This document shows positions 1 to 10,218 of a stretch of 52,353 nt of DNA, piece after piece (the first letter of the stretch is position 1; each line of letters starts with the position of its first letter). Source of the stretch: an uncultured Mediterranea sp. (lineage in GTDB: Bacteria > Bacteroidota > Bacteroidia > Bacteroidales > Bacteroidaceae); NCBI GenBank assembly GCA_939791845.1, contig CALNEX010000001.1, forward strand, positions 1-52,353, written 5' to 3'. A program made the translations under genes and the position numbers. The notes below the pieces were generated by a model, which was not told the DNA's origin, made no database searches, and worked only from the letters and a program-made list of their open reading frames with translations.

Positions 1-196
1 GGTGCTCGTAGAAGGACTCCGGGCGCAGGATTTCGCTCACCAGCGAGTAAGCGTCTTTCTCAATCATCAGTGCGCCCAACACGGCTTCTTCCAGTTCTGT
101 CGCCTGCGGCTGGATGCGGCCATAGTCATTCACGGGTTGTACAGCCTTGCTCTTCGGCGTGCGGCTTCTTCTGTTATTTGTATTGTTTTCTACCAC
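1..196 (-). CDS. dnaB: Replicative DNA helicase, 5' portion (runs off window start)
   Basis: Manual minus-strand translation from GTG at 196: MVENNTNNRRSRTPKSKAVQPVNDYGRIQPQATELEEAVLGALMIEKDAYSLVSEILRPESFYEH, the typical DnaB N-terminus (PQ..ELEEAVLGALM). Not in the ORF track. Confidence 0.92.
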   Translation of the reverse strand, partial: MVENNTNNRRSRTPKSKAVQPVNDYGRIQPQATELEEAVLGALMIEKDAYSLVSEILRPESFYEH

Positions 197-301
197 GGGA
201 TTACTTGTTTTATTTCGGTCATTTTCCCTCGAAAAGGGGGACAAAGATACAACTTTTATTCGTCTTTTCGAGGGGAAAAGGGAAAGAATGTGCCGGGAAA
301 A

Positions 302-333
302 TTTGGAAGAAGTTAATGAATCCGTTACCTTTG
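302..333 (+). promoter_or_regulatory. Bacteroidetes sigma-A promoter for TA module 1
   Basis: TTTG (302-305), 20-nt spacer, TACCTTTG (326-333): canonical -33/-7 consensus. Confidence 0.7.
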
Positions 334-354
334 CAGGTGGAAACAAAAAGAGCC

Positions 355-699
355 ATGGAATACGTCAGAAAAATAAAAACGTATAAGACTTATTACAAGG
401 AGTTCTATATTGCCCAAAGTGACGAAGTCCGGGCGAAGATAGACTATGTGATTGAATTGATAAAAACAACGGTAAGGGTACCTGTCACCTATTTGAAACA
501 AATAGAAGGCGTACCGGGACTTTACGAAATCAGAGTGCAACACGCAGGAAATATCTACCGGATATTTTGCTGCAATGACAAAGTCCAATTGGTTATCTTG
601 TTCAATGGCTTTCAAAAGAAGACACAAAAAACGCCTCTGAATGAAATAAGAAAAGCTACGGCTATCATGAAAGAATATTTTGCAACCCAACAAATTTGA
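355..699 (+). CDS. RelE/HigB-like (Gp49/DUF891-type) type II toxin
   Basis: MEYVRKIKTY...GLYEIRVQHAGNIYRIF...LFNGFQKKTQKTP..EI.KA. ATG at 355 lies downstream of the promoter. Confidence 0.85.
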   Translation: MEYVRKIKTYKTYYKEFYIAQSDEVRAKIDYVIELIKTTVRVPVTYLKQIEGVPGLYEIRVQHAGNIYRIFCCNDKVQLVILFNGFQKKTQKTPLNEIRKATAIMKEYFATQQI

Positions 700-703
700 C
701 AAT

Positions 704-1021
704 ATGACAAACGAAGAAAAAAACAAAGCTATCATGGAATGCGGAGATGACTATGATGACATTCTGAACATCCAATACGGCCTCAAAGGCACTCCCGAAC
801 GCGACCAGTTCGACCGCGATGCCGAGGCCTTCATACTGGCCGAACGCCTCAAGGAAGAGCGCAAGAAAGCCGGATTGACCCAAGCGCAGCTCGCCGAGAA
901 GATAGGAACCAAAAAATCCTACATCTCGCGGCTGGAGAACGGACATGCCGATGTGCAGCTCTCCACACTCTTCAAGATTTTCCAAGGCCTCGGCAAACGG
1001 GTAAGTTTGAGGATTCTCTAA
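704..1021 (+). CDS. XRE-family HTH antitoxin (HigA-like)
   Basis: LKEERKKAGLTQAQLAEKIGTKKSYISRLENG HTH, directly downstream of the toxin (toxin-first order). Confidence 0.85.
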   Translation: MTNEEKNKAIMECGDDYDDILNIQYGLKGTPERDQFDRDAEAFILAERLKEERKKAGLTQAQLAEKIGTKKSYISRLENGHADVQLSTLFKIFQGLGKRVSLRIL

Positions 1022-1120
1022 GTTTTCCCGAAAAAAGCGCAGCGCGAATGTGATTTTTTCATAGCTTTGCTTACTGATAAGCGAAAAACACTTTATTCAC
1101 CAATTTAGTATCACAAAGTT

Positions 1121-4027
1121 ATGAAGACATCCAAGCTGCAAGCCATCCTTCTGCTGGCCATCATCACCTTGATGTCCCTCCCCACCTTCGGACAGGGACT
1201 CAAGGCGTTCAAGCTGAAGAACGGTCTTTCCGTGTACATATGGGAAGACAACACCAAACCCGACGTATTCGGCATCGTCGCCGTGCGGGCGGGCTCCGTC
1301 AACGAACCCGCCGAATACACCGGCCTCGCCCACTACCTGGAGCACGTCATGTTCAAGGGCACCGACCAGATAGGTGCCTTGGATTGGGCCAAGGAGAAAC
1401 CCATCTACGACCAAATCATCGCCAAGTATGACGAAATGGCCGCCACCGCCGACCCCACCCAAAAGGCTGCCATCGGACAGGAAATCAACTCTCTCACCGT
1501 GGAAGCCGGGAAAATCAGTGTCTCCAACGAATTCTCCGACCTCATGGAGAGCATCGGCGGGAAAGACCTGAACGCAGGCACCAGCTACGACCTGACGTAC
1601 TACCACAACTCCTTCCCCGCCTACCAAATCAACAAGTGGCTGGAGATTTCCTCCCAACGCTTCATCAACCCCGTCTTCCGCACCTTCCAGTCGGAGTTGG
1701 AGAATGTGTACGAAGAATATAACATGTACCAGGACAACCCCGGAAGCCGGCAAAGCAATTTCCTCCGCTCCAAAGCTTTCGAAGGGCATCCCTATGCAAG
1801 AGATATCATCGGCCTGCCCGAACACTTGAAGAACCCGCACCTGAGCAAGCTCATCGACTTCTACAACGAATGGTATGTGCCGGAGAACATGGTGCTTATC
1901 CTCGTGGGCAACGTCAACGCACAGCAGATAGCCGGACGCATCGCGGGCACCTTCGGACGCCTGGAAGCCAAGCCCCTGCCCACGCGCAAGACCTATCCCG
2001 ACCTGGAGATAAAAGGGCGCACCCAATACTCCGCCAAGGTGGGCATCTACCCCAGCGTCTGCCTCGTCTACCCGGGTGTGCCCGCCGGACATCCTGATGA
2101 ACTGCCGCTGGAAATCGCCATGTCCCTCCTGAGCAACGGCGACCAGACGGGCACATTGGACAAGCTCACCCTGGACGGGGAACTGACCGGATGCGCCGCA
2201 TCGCCCATGACCATGCGCGAGCAAGGCCGCAACATCGTGCAATGCATCCCCCTCTACGACGAGAACCAACGCCGCTTCGAGTCCAACAAGGGCACCGAGA
2301 AGAAAGCCTTGCAAGCCATCCGGCAAGTGGCCAACGGAGAGTTTCAGGATTGGCAGGTGGAGGCCATCAAGATGAACATGTGCCGTGACTTCGACGTGCA
2401 GATGGAGTCCAACACCTTCAAGGGAGAACTGCTGATGGACGCCTTCATCAACGAAAAAGACCTGGCACGCGTGCTCAACTACAAGGATGAGGTGATGGCC
2501 GTCACCACCGACGACATCAAGCGAGTCGTCAAGCAATACCTGGGCGACAACTACCTGGCACTCTACATCGAGCAAGGCAAGGCCAAGAAAGGCGAGAAGA
2601 TCCAGAAGCCCGGCTACAAGCCCATCGAACCGCCCGTGGGCAAGCAATCGCTCTACGCCATGCAGTTCAAGAACATGGGCATCGGACAGGTGGAGGAGAC
2701 ATTCATCGACTTCAGCGACGTCCGAATCCAAGCCTTGAACGACCGCTCCAAGCTCTACTACACGCCCAACACGGAAAACAATGTATTCAGCCTCACCCTG
2801 CGCTACGGGGCGGGCGAACGCGAATTTCCCAAGCTGGGCATTGCCGCCGAGCTGATGAACAATGCCGGCGTGATGGGTGCCTACGAGCCGCAGCAGCTCA
2901 AGGAGGAACTCAGCAAGCTGAACGCCACCTGCCAGGTATGGGCCAGCGACGACTACCTCTACATCATGATGCGCGGCTATGAGCCTACCTTAGCCCAGGC
3001 TTGCCAACTGCTCTCCCGACAAATCCTCATGCCCCAGCTGGATGACAAGCAGCTGAGCCGTATCAAAGGCTCCGTCCTCGGCTCGCGCCAGCAACGCAAG
3101 GACAACGTCAGCACCCTGGCCGACGCCCTCTCGCAATACGTGCGCTATGGCGAAAAGTCCGCTTACATCGATGAGCTGACAGACATGGAGATGCTCGAAC
3201 TGCAGATTTCCGAACTGACGGGCGACATCAACCGCGCCGCCAACTACGAGGCCGAAATCTTCTACTGCGGCACTTTGCCCTTTGAACAAGTTACCCAAGT
3301 GCTCAGCACCAACCTCCCCCTCGTGGCCAACGAGCGCCCCAGCACCTCGCCGCAGGACAAGCCCCTGGCTCCCGTCACGGAGAACACCGTCTACTTCCTG
3401 CCCAACAACGATGCCGAGCAGGCGCAAATTTTCTTCTACATGCCCATGGGCGCCTATGACAAGAAAGATGACGTCCTGCGCGATGCCTTCAACCAATACT
3501 TCTCCGGAGGCTTCGGCGGACTGGTGATGAACGAGATACGCGAGAAACGCTCCATGGCCTACTATGCCGGCGCGAATGTGGTGACACCTGCCCTCCCCGG
3601 CAATCCCACCTACATGTACGGCCACATCGGCACGCAAAACGACAAGGTGAACGATGCCGTGGACGTGTTCATGGGCTTGGTGAACGACATGCCCCGCAAC
3701 CCCGGGCGCATCGACAACATCAAGGGTTACCTGCGCCAGGAGGCCCTGAGCAGCCACCCGGACTTCCGCAGCAAGTCGCAATACCTGCGCTCCATCCAAC
3801 GCATGGGATACACCGGCGACCCCGCCCGCGAGAACCTGCCGAAGATTGACGCACTCACCTTCGACGACATTGTCAGCTTCTACACGCAGCACATCCAAGG
3901 CAAGCCCTACGCCATCGGCATCATTGGCAACCCCAAGATGATAGACCTGGAAAGGTTGGAAAAGTATGGCAAGGTGGTGAAGCTCAACGAAAGGAAGCTG
4001 TTCAACACCAAGGACGCACTGTTCTGA
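1121..4027 (+). CDS. Secreted M16 (insulinase/PqqL-like) zinc metallopeptidase
   Basis: Signal peptide; LKNGLSV; GLAHYLEHVMFKGT (HxxEH); NAGTSYDLTYY; VYEEY; C-terminal half with IREKRSMAY. TAGCTTTG promoter element at 1062-1069. Confidence 0.92.
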   Translation: MKTSKLQAILLLAIITLMSLPTFGQGLKAFKLKNGLSVYIWEDNTKPDVFGIVAVRAGSVNEPAEYTGLAHYLEHVMFKGTDQIGALDWAKEKPIYDQIIAKYDEMAATADPTQKAAIGQEINSLTVEAGKISVSNEFSDLMESIGGKDLNAGTSYDLTYYHNSFPAYQINKWLEISSQRFINPVFRTFQSELENVYEEYNMYQDNPGSRQSNFLRSKAFEGHPYARDIIGLPEHLKNPHLSKLIDFYNEWYVPENMVLILVGNVNAQQIAGRIAGTFGRLEAKPLPTRKTYPDLEIKGRTQYSAKVGIYPSVCLVYPGVPAGHPDELPLEIAMSLLSNGDQTGTLDKLTLDGELTGCAASPMTMREQGRNIVQCIPLYDENQRRFESNKGTEKKALQAIRQVANGEFQDWQVEAIKMNMCRDFDVQMESNTFKGELLMDAFINEKDLARVLNYKDEVMAVTTDDIKRVVKQYLGDNYLALYIEQGKAKKGEKIQKPGYKPIEPPVGKQSLYAMQFKNMGIGQVEETFIDFSDVRIQALNDRSKLYYTPNTENNVFSLTLRYGAGEREFPKLGIAAELMNNAGVMGAYEPQQLKEELSKLNATCQVWASDDYLYIMMRGYEPTLAQACQLLSRQILMPQLDDKQLSRIKGSVLGSRQQRKDNVSTLADALSQYVRYGEKSAYIDELTDMEMLELQISELTGDINRAANYEAEIFYCGTLPFEQVTQVLSTNLPLVANERPSTSPQDKPLAPVTENTVYFLPNNDAEQAQIFFYMPMGAYDKKDDVLRDAFNQYFSGGFGGLVMNEIREKRSMAYYAGANVVTPALPGNPTYMYGHIGTQNDKVNDAVDVFMGLVNDMPRNPGRIDNIKGYLRQEALSSHPDFRSKSQYLRSIQRMGYTGDPARENLPKIDALTFDDIVSFYTQHIQGKPYAIGIIGNPKMIDLERLEKYGKVVKLNERKLFNTKDALF

Positions 4028-4043
4028 CAAATGTTTGTTTCTT

Positions 4044-4069
4044 GTAGAGACGCGGCCGTGCCGCGTCTC
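4044..4069. repeat. GTAG-family REP palindrome
   Basis: GTAGAGACGCGGC-CGT-GCCGCGTCTC; same family as 10842-10936. Confidence 0.8.
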
Positions 4070-4200
4070 ATTCATTCACACCATCAAGCACGCCCCGACT
4101 GCCCTTTCGGCACATCCGCACACATCTATTAATATTAGGTACGCGCGTACATTTTTATAAGATTACCATGTAAAGACTTCTCTTTTTCGCACCCAAATAT

Positions 4201-4273
4201 TAACTTTGCACTTTTTTTATAACAGATTGCCCTTTTTTTATAACGCAGGTTTGAAATATTTGTTGTAACTTTG
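4201..4273 (+). promoter_or_regulatory. Pilus operon promoter region with 21-bp-spaced direct repeat
   Basis: TAACTTTG at 4201 and 4266; TTGCnCTTTTTTTATAAC at 4206 and 4227. Confidence 0.6.
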
Positions 4274-4312
4274 CCGCCGAAAACAAAAGAATGAACGGTC
4301 ATATATTGCAAC

Positions 4313-4861
4313 ATGCGTAAGAAAAGAAGCATTTACTGCATACTATGCAGTCTTGCGCTCTTTGCCCTCACGGCAAAAGCCACTGCACAAGACGTTGGAC
4401 TCAAGACCAACGCCCTCTACTGGCTCACCACCACCCCCAACCTGGGCGTGGAGGTGGCCCTCAACAACCAATGGACGCTCGACCTCTCCGGCGCCTACAA
4501 CCCCTGGACATTCAAGGACGACAAAAAGATGCGCTTCTGGCTCGCCCAGCCCGAGGCACGCTACTGGCTGTGCGAAAAGTTCGAAGGACACTTCGTCGGG
4601 CTGCACGCCCACGGCGGACAGTTCTACGGCGGCTTCCACTCCAAGCGCTATGACGGCTACCTGGCCGGAGGCGGACTGACCTACGGATACGACTGGATCC
4701 TCTCCCCCCACTGGAACCTCGAGGCGGCCATCGGCATAGGATACGCCTACCTCTGGTACAAGGAAAGTCCCCGCATACACTGCATCAAGTGCGAGGTGGA
4801 CAAGGACAAGCACTACTTCGGCGTCACCAAGGCCGCCGTGTCGCTCATATACATATTCTAA
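4313..4861 (+). CDS. DUF3575 outer-membrane beta-barrel protein of the type V pilus locus
   Basis: KTNALYW..TTPNLGVE, YNPW, QPEARYWLCEKFEGHFVGLH, YFGVTKAAVSLIYIF with C-terminal Phe. Confidence 0.88.
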   Translation: MRKKRSIYCILCSLALFALTAKATAQDVGLKTNALYWLTTTPNLGVEVALNNQWTLDLSGAYNPWTFKDDKKMRFWLAQPEARYWLCEKFEGHFVGLHAHGGQFYGGFHSKRYDGYLAGGGLTYGYDWILSPHWNLEAAIGIGYAYLWYKESPRIHCIKCEVDKDKHYFGVTKAAVSLIYIF

Positions 4862-4872
4862 GGATGTTGATC

Positions 4873-6657
4873 ATGAAACAAGCAAACCTCATACCTCTCA
4901 TTGCCCTGACGGCCACCGGCCTCCTGGCCGGTTGCGCCGCCCATCGCGACACTGCCGGACGGGCCGTCACGGCCACCCTTGCGGACACCGTCCTGACGCC
5001 CGACAGCGCAGACCGCATCGACGTGGACCTCACCTTCCACATCCCCGCGCAGAGCCTGGCACGCCGTGCGCGACTCATCATCACCCCGCAACTCGTCTCC
5101 GGCGACACCGTCCGCGAGGAATACATGCCCCTCGTGGTGGACGCGGACATCTACGGCAAGAAGACCCGCCGCAAGGAAGTCCTCGAAGGCTACCAAGATC
5201 CCTACGCCGGCACCCGCCGGGCACACCCCGACCGTAAGGCGGACATCGACCTGCCCTACCACCACACCGCCGTCATGCCCCAAGGCATCGAGACGGCACG
5301 CCTCCGCGCCATCGTCAGCGAGGACGGATGCGGGCAGTGCACCGGCATAGACACCCTCCTGCTCGCCTCCGTGGCCAACCCCGTCACCCTCGTGGACGAG
5401 GAAGCCGTCAAGGAGAGCTTCGACCTGGCCTGGATAGAACCCGAATTCGTCGTGCGGCCCAAGGTGCGACAGGGCAGCGGCACCGCCCGCCTGCAGTTCG
5501 TCATCAACAAGTATGACATACGCCCCGAGCTGGGCAACAACCGCGCCGAACTGGAGCACATGGTCGCCGACCTCGAGCCCGTCCTCCGCGACTCGCTCGC
5601 CACGCTCACCTCGCTCAGCATCTACGGCATGGCCTCGGCCGACGGTCCCTACCCCTTCAACGACGCCCTGGCACAACGCCGTGCCCGCGAGGCCAAACGC
5701 TGGCTCACCGCCCGCCTCGGTCTGGACAACGACCAGCAAGACCTGATAGAAACCGGTTCGCGCCCCGAAGGCTGGTGGCCCGTCTACGAAGCCATGTGCC
5801 GCGACGGACATCCCGACAGCCTGGCCGTACGCCGCATCCTCGAGACCTATACCGAGGGCAACGACGACCGGCAGGAATACCACATCCGCCGCCTGGCCTG
5901 CTGGCCCGACATCCGCGCCAAGTATCTCCAGAAGGACCGCATGGTGGAATACGTCTACACCTACACCCTCCGCAGCTTCACCGACGACGCCGAGATGCTC
6001 CGCCTCTATGAGACGCGCCCCGACGCCTTCAACGAAGACGAACTGCTGCGCGTGGCCTACCTGGTGCGCGACGACGAGGAGAAGATGATGGACGTCTACC
6101 GCACCCTCCAACACTACTTCCCGCAGAACGAGGTGGCCGCCAACAACCTGGCCGTTCTACACCTGCGCCGCGGCGAGACCGACAAGGCCCGCGAGGCCCT
6201 CGCCCTGCCCGGGCAATACAGCCCCGAGATGCTCAACGCCCTGGCCGCAAGCTATGTCTGGAAGGGCGACCACGAGCGCGCCATCGAGCTGCTGGCCACC
6301 GTGGACACGCCCCAGGCAAGGTATAACCTGGGACTGCTCAAGGCCTTCAGCCGGCGACTGCCCGAAGCCTACGAGCTGCTACGCCCCTACCGTGACCTCA
6401 ACGCCGTCATCGCCGCGCTCAGCGTGGACCGCAACCGCGAGGCAGACGACATCATGAAGGACCTGACGGACAACAGCCCCAAGGCATACTACGTCCGCGC
6501 ACTCATCGCCGCACGCCTGAACCGCCCCGGCGAAGTCTGCGCGCACCTCAAGCCCGCCCTGGCCGACCCCGCGCTCAAGGCACGCGCCCACGACGACCCG
6601 GACTTCGACCCCTACCGCGACTCCCCGCAGTTCAAGGAAATGATGAAGACTGAATAA
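4873..6657 (+). CDS. DUF3868/OmpA-like plus TPR lipoprotein of the pilus locus
   Basis: Lipobox LLAGC; LIITPQLV; IYGMASADGPY.FN..LAQRRA (OmpA-like); ANNLA/ARYNLG TPR-like helices. Confidence 0.8.
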   Translation: MKQANLIPLIALTATGLLAGCAAHRDTAGRAVTATLADTVLTPDSADRIDVDLTFHIPAQSLARRARLIITPQLVSGDTVREEYMPLVVDADIYGKKTRRKEVLEGYQDPYAGTRRAHPDRKADIDLPYHHTAVMPQGIETARLRAIVSEDGCGQCTGIDTLLLASVANPVTLVDEEAVKESFDLAWIEPEFVVRPKVRQGSGTARLQFVINKYDIRPELGNNRAELEHMVADLEPVLRDSLATLTSLSIYGMASADGPYPFNDALAQRRAREAKRWLTARLGLDNDQQDLIETGSRPEGWWPVYEAMCRDGHPDSLAVRRILETYTEGNDDRQEYHIRRLACWPDIRAKYLQKDRMVEYVYTYTLRSFTDDAEMLRLYETRPDAFNEDELLRVAYLVRDDEEKMMDVYRTLQHYFPQNEVAANNLAVLHLRRGETDKAREALALPGQYSPEMLNALAASYVWKGDHERAIELLATVDTPQARYNLGLLKAFSRRLPEAYELLRPYRDLNAVIAALSVDRNREADDIMKDLTDNSPKAYYVRALIAARLNRPGEVCAHLKPALADPALKARAHDDPDFDPYRDSPQFKEMMKTE

Positions 6658-6660
6658 CCC

Positions 6661-6805
6661 ATAGTTAGTATAGGCGCGGATTACGCGGATTTCACGGATT
6701 AAGCATCAGCATAATCAATGAAATCCCCAATAGGTTATAACAATGAAAGTTATCCGTGAAATCCGCGTAATCCGCGCCAAAAAACGCTGATAAATTATCA
6801 TTTAC
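6661..6805 (+). repeat. 9-bp-triplet hairpin element, CGCGGATTA family, copy A
   Basis: Perfect 27-bp IR GGCGCGGATTACGCGGATTTCACGGAT (6673-6699) / 6752-6778 around a 52-bp AT-rich spacer. Confidence 0.9.
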
Positions 6806-6809
6806 AACA

Positions 6810-7718
6810 ATGAAACGAACCCACACATACCTCCTCCTGCTCCTGGCCCTCCTCACGGCCTCGTGCATACGCGACGACCTCGAGCCCTGTCCCCCCCTGA
6901 GCATCATGCTCAGCATCGAGGACAAGAACTACGGGAACGTAGCCCAAGTAGAGGAAGCCACCGGCCTCAACCTCGCCCTGCCCGAGGACCAGCCCTTCCG
7001 CTACTACATCCAGCGGCTGTACTACACCCTCTACAACCGCGACACCCAAGAGCTCATCACCACCCGCCGCCTGCACGACGTACAGGGCGACGCACAGATG
7101 GCCACCGTCTATGACATCCCCGCCGACCTGCCCTACGGCAACTACGCCCTGGTGGTCTGGGGAAACATCGCCAGCGACGAAGGCATCATGGGCAACGGCG
7201 GCAGCTACGACCTGCACCAGGACCGCGTGGAAGGCTACGACGTCTACCACGGCCTGCTGACCTTCACCTACGACGAGTACAACGCCGAGTTTGTCTGCCC
7301 CCTGCAGCGCGTCAAGGGACAGCTCCTCATCCTGGCCGAGCAGCTGCCCGCCGATGTCAACTGGAGCCGCAAGGCCGTCACTGGCGTCAGCGGCAACGTC
7401 TCCTACGGCCTGGCCTACACCGAGGGCGATGCGGAGACCGTTGTCACCGAACGCAACTGGGAGGCCGGACTGACCGCCACCAACAGCGAGACCAGCCTGG
7501 CGCCCACCGTCACGGACAAGAGCACCGTCTACGTCCGCTTCTTCGACGATGCGGCCATGGAGACCCCGGCGGCCGAGCCGCAACCCGTGGACGTCACCAT
7601 GCGGCGCAACGAAATCACCGCCCTGCGCTATGTCTACGACGCCGCCACCGGAGGATTCCACATCTACCTCCTCGTGGACGACAGCTGGCGCGTGGTGCAC
7701 GACATGGGCATCGAATAA
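6810..7718 (+). CDS. FimB/Mfa2-family anchor pilin (lipoprotein)
   Basis: LTASC-IRDDLEPCP N-terminus typical of Mfa2-like proteins; LPYGNYALVVWGN; no T[RK]-small processing site. Confidence 0.8.
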   Translation: MKRTHTYLLLLLALLTASCIRDDLEPCPPLSIMLSIEDKNYGNVAQVEEATGLNLALPEDQPFRYYIQRLYYTLYNRDTQELITTRRLHDVQGDAQMATVYDIPADLPYGNYALVVWGNIASDEGIMGNGGSYDLHQDRVEGYDVYHGLLTFTYDEYNAEFVCPLQRVKGQLLILAEQLPADVNWSRKAVTGVSGNVSYGLAYTEGDAETVVTERNWEAGLTATNSETSLAPTVTDKSTVYVRFFDDAAMETPAAEPQPVDVTMRRNEITALRYVYDAATGGFHIYLLVDDSWRVVHDMGIE

Positions 7719-7783
7719 ACCGAGAAACTGTATTTTCCTAGAGATACTTTAAACACTTATTTATTAACTAAATTATTTACAGT

Positions 7784-9301
7784 ATGAAGAAGAATTATTT
7801 ACTCGTTGCCGGTCTCGCCTCCATGATGGCGTTTACGGCATGTAGCAATGACGATGACCTGGGCAACTTCGAGGTCACCCCTGGCACGTTTGAAGTAGTA
7901 GAAGGTGCGACCTTCGAAATCAGCATCAACGGTGCACCCTCAAAAGACACGAAAGCTGTTCGCCCCGTAGGCAGTTCGGCTGCAGACAACAGTGTAAACG
8001 TTATCAAATTGATGGCTTACTATTGGGACGAAGATAAGTCAGGCGGTGCTGATTGGGTTGCTTGCACGCTTCTTGATGCTATACCTTCAGAGGGTACAGC
8101 TGCAGAAGAAGGCAAAATCGGTTTTGTGTATACCGGTATAGGTGATGCCACCAATCCTAAGGGGATTATAGAAGGCGGTATGCTTTACTATGGCGCAGAT
8201 ATCGAAGAAGGCGTACCGGGCACAGATGTACACATCAACAAGAAAGCACAAGTACAGGTAGTAGGCCTGTCTGAAGAAACAAAGTACCAATTCGTGGCTT
8301 ATGGATTTAACAATGAAAAACAAGGTACTTACCAGACAGAAGGACTCTATCCGTATAAGGAACCCATAGCAGCAACTGAAACCAATTTTGAAAACGGAAT
8401 ATTCCAAGCTGGAGTATCAACTGTCACTATCGCAAATCCCTATGAATTGCAGGAAATCTTCGCCGCTACCGACGTGGTTGCAACAACGAAGAACGACGCT
8501 AACCAAACCGTGTTCACACAAGCACCCAGCCTGACGCTGGAGCGCCAGGTAGCCGGCATCTTGGCTTACTTCAAGGCCATTCCCGCCCGTATGAACAAGC
8601 AAGACAACCCCACTCACGATGCTTACAAGGTAGAAGAACTGCGCGTGGTAGCCAGCCACAAGTCCAAAGACTTCTATTTCCCCGCTATTTTGCTGGATGA
8701 CCCCGACTTCAACGGTATTGCAGCCGACAATGACGAAACCGAGGACTTGATTGTGTTCGACTTCTCTGAGATTGCAACCAACTACGCTACTTCCACCTTG
8801 GACGAACAAAGCAACTATGAATTTTATGGCGTAGAAGGCGCAATAACAGCTGAAGGTGCGGTTCAAGTAGGTGACAAGAAGCCTTTTGCTGAAAACTATG
8901 CTGCTCCCGCAGGTTTGGCTTTGAAAGAAGGTTCCATCTTCGGTGCACGCTATATCATGCCGTATGACAAGCACTATTCCGACGAGACGACCCTGAAACT
9001 GCAATTCTGGGGAACTTCTACGGTGGCTGGTGAAGATAAAACCACACTCGTTCTCCTGGAAGAGCGCGACATCACGACACCCAACACCGAACTCTTCGAT
9101 GCCTACACCTACGACATCCGTTGCAACAACTTCTACTCCATCGGTCAGAAGTTGGAAACCGATGACACGGATGGTCCGGACGATGAAGATGATACCGATG
9201 ATGATGACGAACCCATCGACCTGCGCAGCGACAAAGTCAACGTCCGCATCAACGACGCTTGGGCCGTGCTGCACAACATGGGCGTGGACAACATCGAATA
9301 A
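7784..9301 (+). CDS. Major (stalk) type V pilin, FimA/Mfa1-like lipoprotein
   Basis: Lipobox FTAC-SNDD; TKA processing site; LERQVAG; RCNNFYSIG; C-terminal W-containing strand. Codon usage (GCT/GGT/ACT-rich) suggests high expression. Confidence 0.78.
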   Translation: MKKNYLLVAGLASMMAFTACSNDDDLGNFEVTPGTFEVVEGATFEISINGAPSKDTKAVRPVGSSAADNSVNVIKLMAYYWDEDKSGGADWVACTLLDAIPSEGTAAEEGKIGFVYTGIGDATNPKGIIEGGMLYYGADIEEGVPGTDVHINKKAQVQVVGLSEETKYQFVAYGFNNEKQGTYQTEGLYPYKEPIAATETNFENGIFQAGVSTVTIANPYELQEIFAATDVVATTKNDANQTVFTQAPSLTLERQVAGILAYFKAIPARMNKQDNPTHDAYKVEELRVVASHKSKDFYFPAILLDDPDFNGIAADNDETEDLIVFDFSEIATNYATSTLDEQSNYEFYGVEGAITAEGAVQVGDKKPFAENYAAPAGLALKEGSIFGARYIMPYDKHYSDETTLKLQFWGTSTVAGEDKTTLVLLEERDITTPNTELFDAYTYDIRCNNFYSIGQKLETDDTDGPDDEDDTDDDDEPIDLRSDKVNVRINDAWAVLHNMGVDNIE

Positions 9302-9337
9302 TCCCCCTAACAAACTTTTTTCATAACTAAACAATCC

Positions 9338-9380
9338 GGATGCCCGCAGGGCGGGACCCGTTCCCCCCTCGCGGGCATCC
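9338..9380 (+). terminator. Strong hairpin after the major pilin (terminator or 3' stabiliser)
   Basis: GGATGCCCGC...GCGGGCATCC 10-bp stem; no U-tract. Confidence 0.55.
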
Positions 9381-9414
9381 TATCATTAACCATTAACTAT
9401 TAATCAATAACCTC

Positions 9415-10215
9415 ATGTCAGACGAAATCACCTACCGCATCGACGCCTTCCTGCAGGACAACAGCCTGACCACGGACAACACGGAAGACGTCTACGCCGT
9501 GCCCGCCTCGCGCGAGCCCGCCGACGAAGAGCGCATCCTGGCCGAGATGAAGGCCGAAGACACCGGCCTGCGCCGCGAGACCCTGCTCCACGTGTTCGAA
9601 CTGGAGAAACGCGTCATCAAGCGCCTCCTGCTCAGCGGCCACGCCGTCAACACCGGACTCTACCATGCCTCCGTCGCCTTCCGCGGCCTCGTCAAGAACA
9701 GCCAGTGGAACCCCGACGAGAACGAAATCGTCATCAACTTCAACCCCGGCGCGGACCTCCGCGAGGCCGTCCGCCAGACCCAGGTCAACATCCTCGGCGC
9801 CAAGCCCGCAGGCATCTCCGTCACCGGCGTGCAGGATGTCGCCACCAAGGCCGACAACGCCAGCGCCACCGCCGGACGCGCCTTCACCCTGACGGGACGG
9901 AACATCCGCATCGCCGGCGACGACCCCGCCGTGGGCCTCACCCTCATCGCCGAAGGCGGCACCGAGACCCCCGTCACCAGCGACCTCTGGGTCATCAACA
10001 ACCCCTCGACGGTGACCTTCATCATCCCCGCCGGACTGGAGGCAGGCACCTACACCCTGCGGCTGACGACACAGTTCGGAGGCAACAACCGGGACTTGCG
10101 CAAGGCCACCCGCACAGTGGAAAAAACGCTCTACATCGGCACAGAACCGCCCCAGTCGGGAGGCACCACCCCCGGCGGCTCCGATGAAGAAGGCGAAGAA
10201 GGAACCTTCGGATAA
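9415..10215 (+). CDS. HU-like DNA-binding protein with DUF4469 Ig-like domain
   Basis: LQDNSLT.DN..D; GHAVNTGLY; FNPGADLR; LTGRNIRIAG; NNPS...FIIP..L..G.YTL.LTTQF; Gly/acidic tail ending in FG. Confidence 0.8.
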   Translation: MSDEITYRIDAFLQDNSLTTDNTEDVYAVPASREPADEERILAEMKAEDTGLRRETLLHVFELEKRVIKRLLLSGHAVNTGLYHASVAFRGLVKNSQWNPDENEIVINFNPGADLREAVRQTQVNILGAKPAGISVTGVQDVATKADNASATAGRAFTLTGRNIRIAGDDPAVGLTLIAEGGTETPVTSDLWVINNPSTVTFIIPAGLEAGTYTLRLTTQFGGNNRDLRKATRTVEKTLYIGTEPPQSGGTTPGGSDEEGEEGTFG

Positions 10216-10218
10216 TCC

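Noticed and set aside
70-354. N-terminal extension of the toxin ORF (209 aa in the track); similar extensions at 4789, 16836, 19540 and 27445
   Set aside because: They overlap neighbouring genes, promoters or repeats; downstream ATGs match family lengths and signal peptides.
4070-4312. Invertible (phase-variable) promoter for the pilus operon
   Set aside because: No flanking inverted repeats found by eye and no recombinase nearby.
6692-6925. Short ORFs containing ADYADFTD-like peptides (also 22117-22824, 23284-23496, 32538-32738, 38114-38347)
   Set aside because: Translations of the 9-bp-unit repeat arms, not genes.
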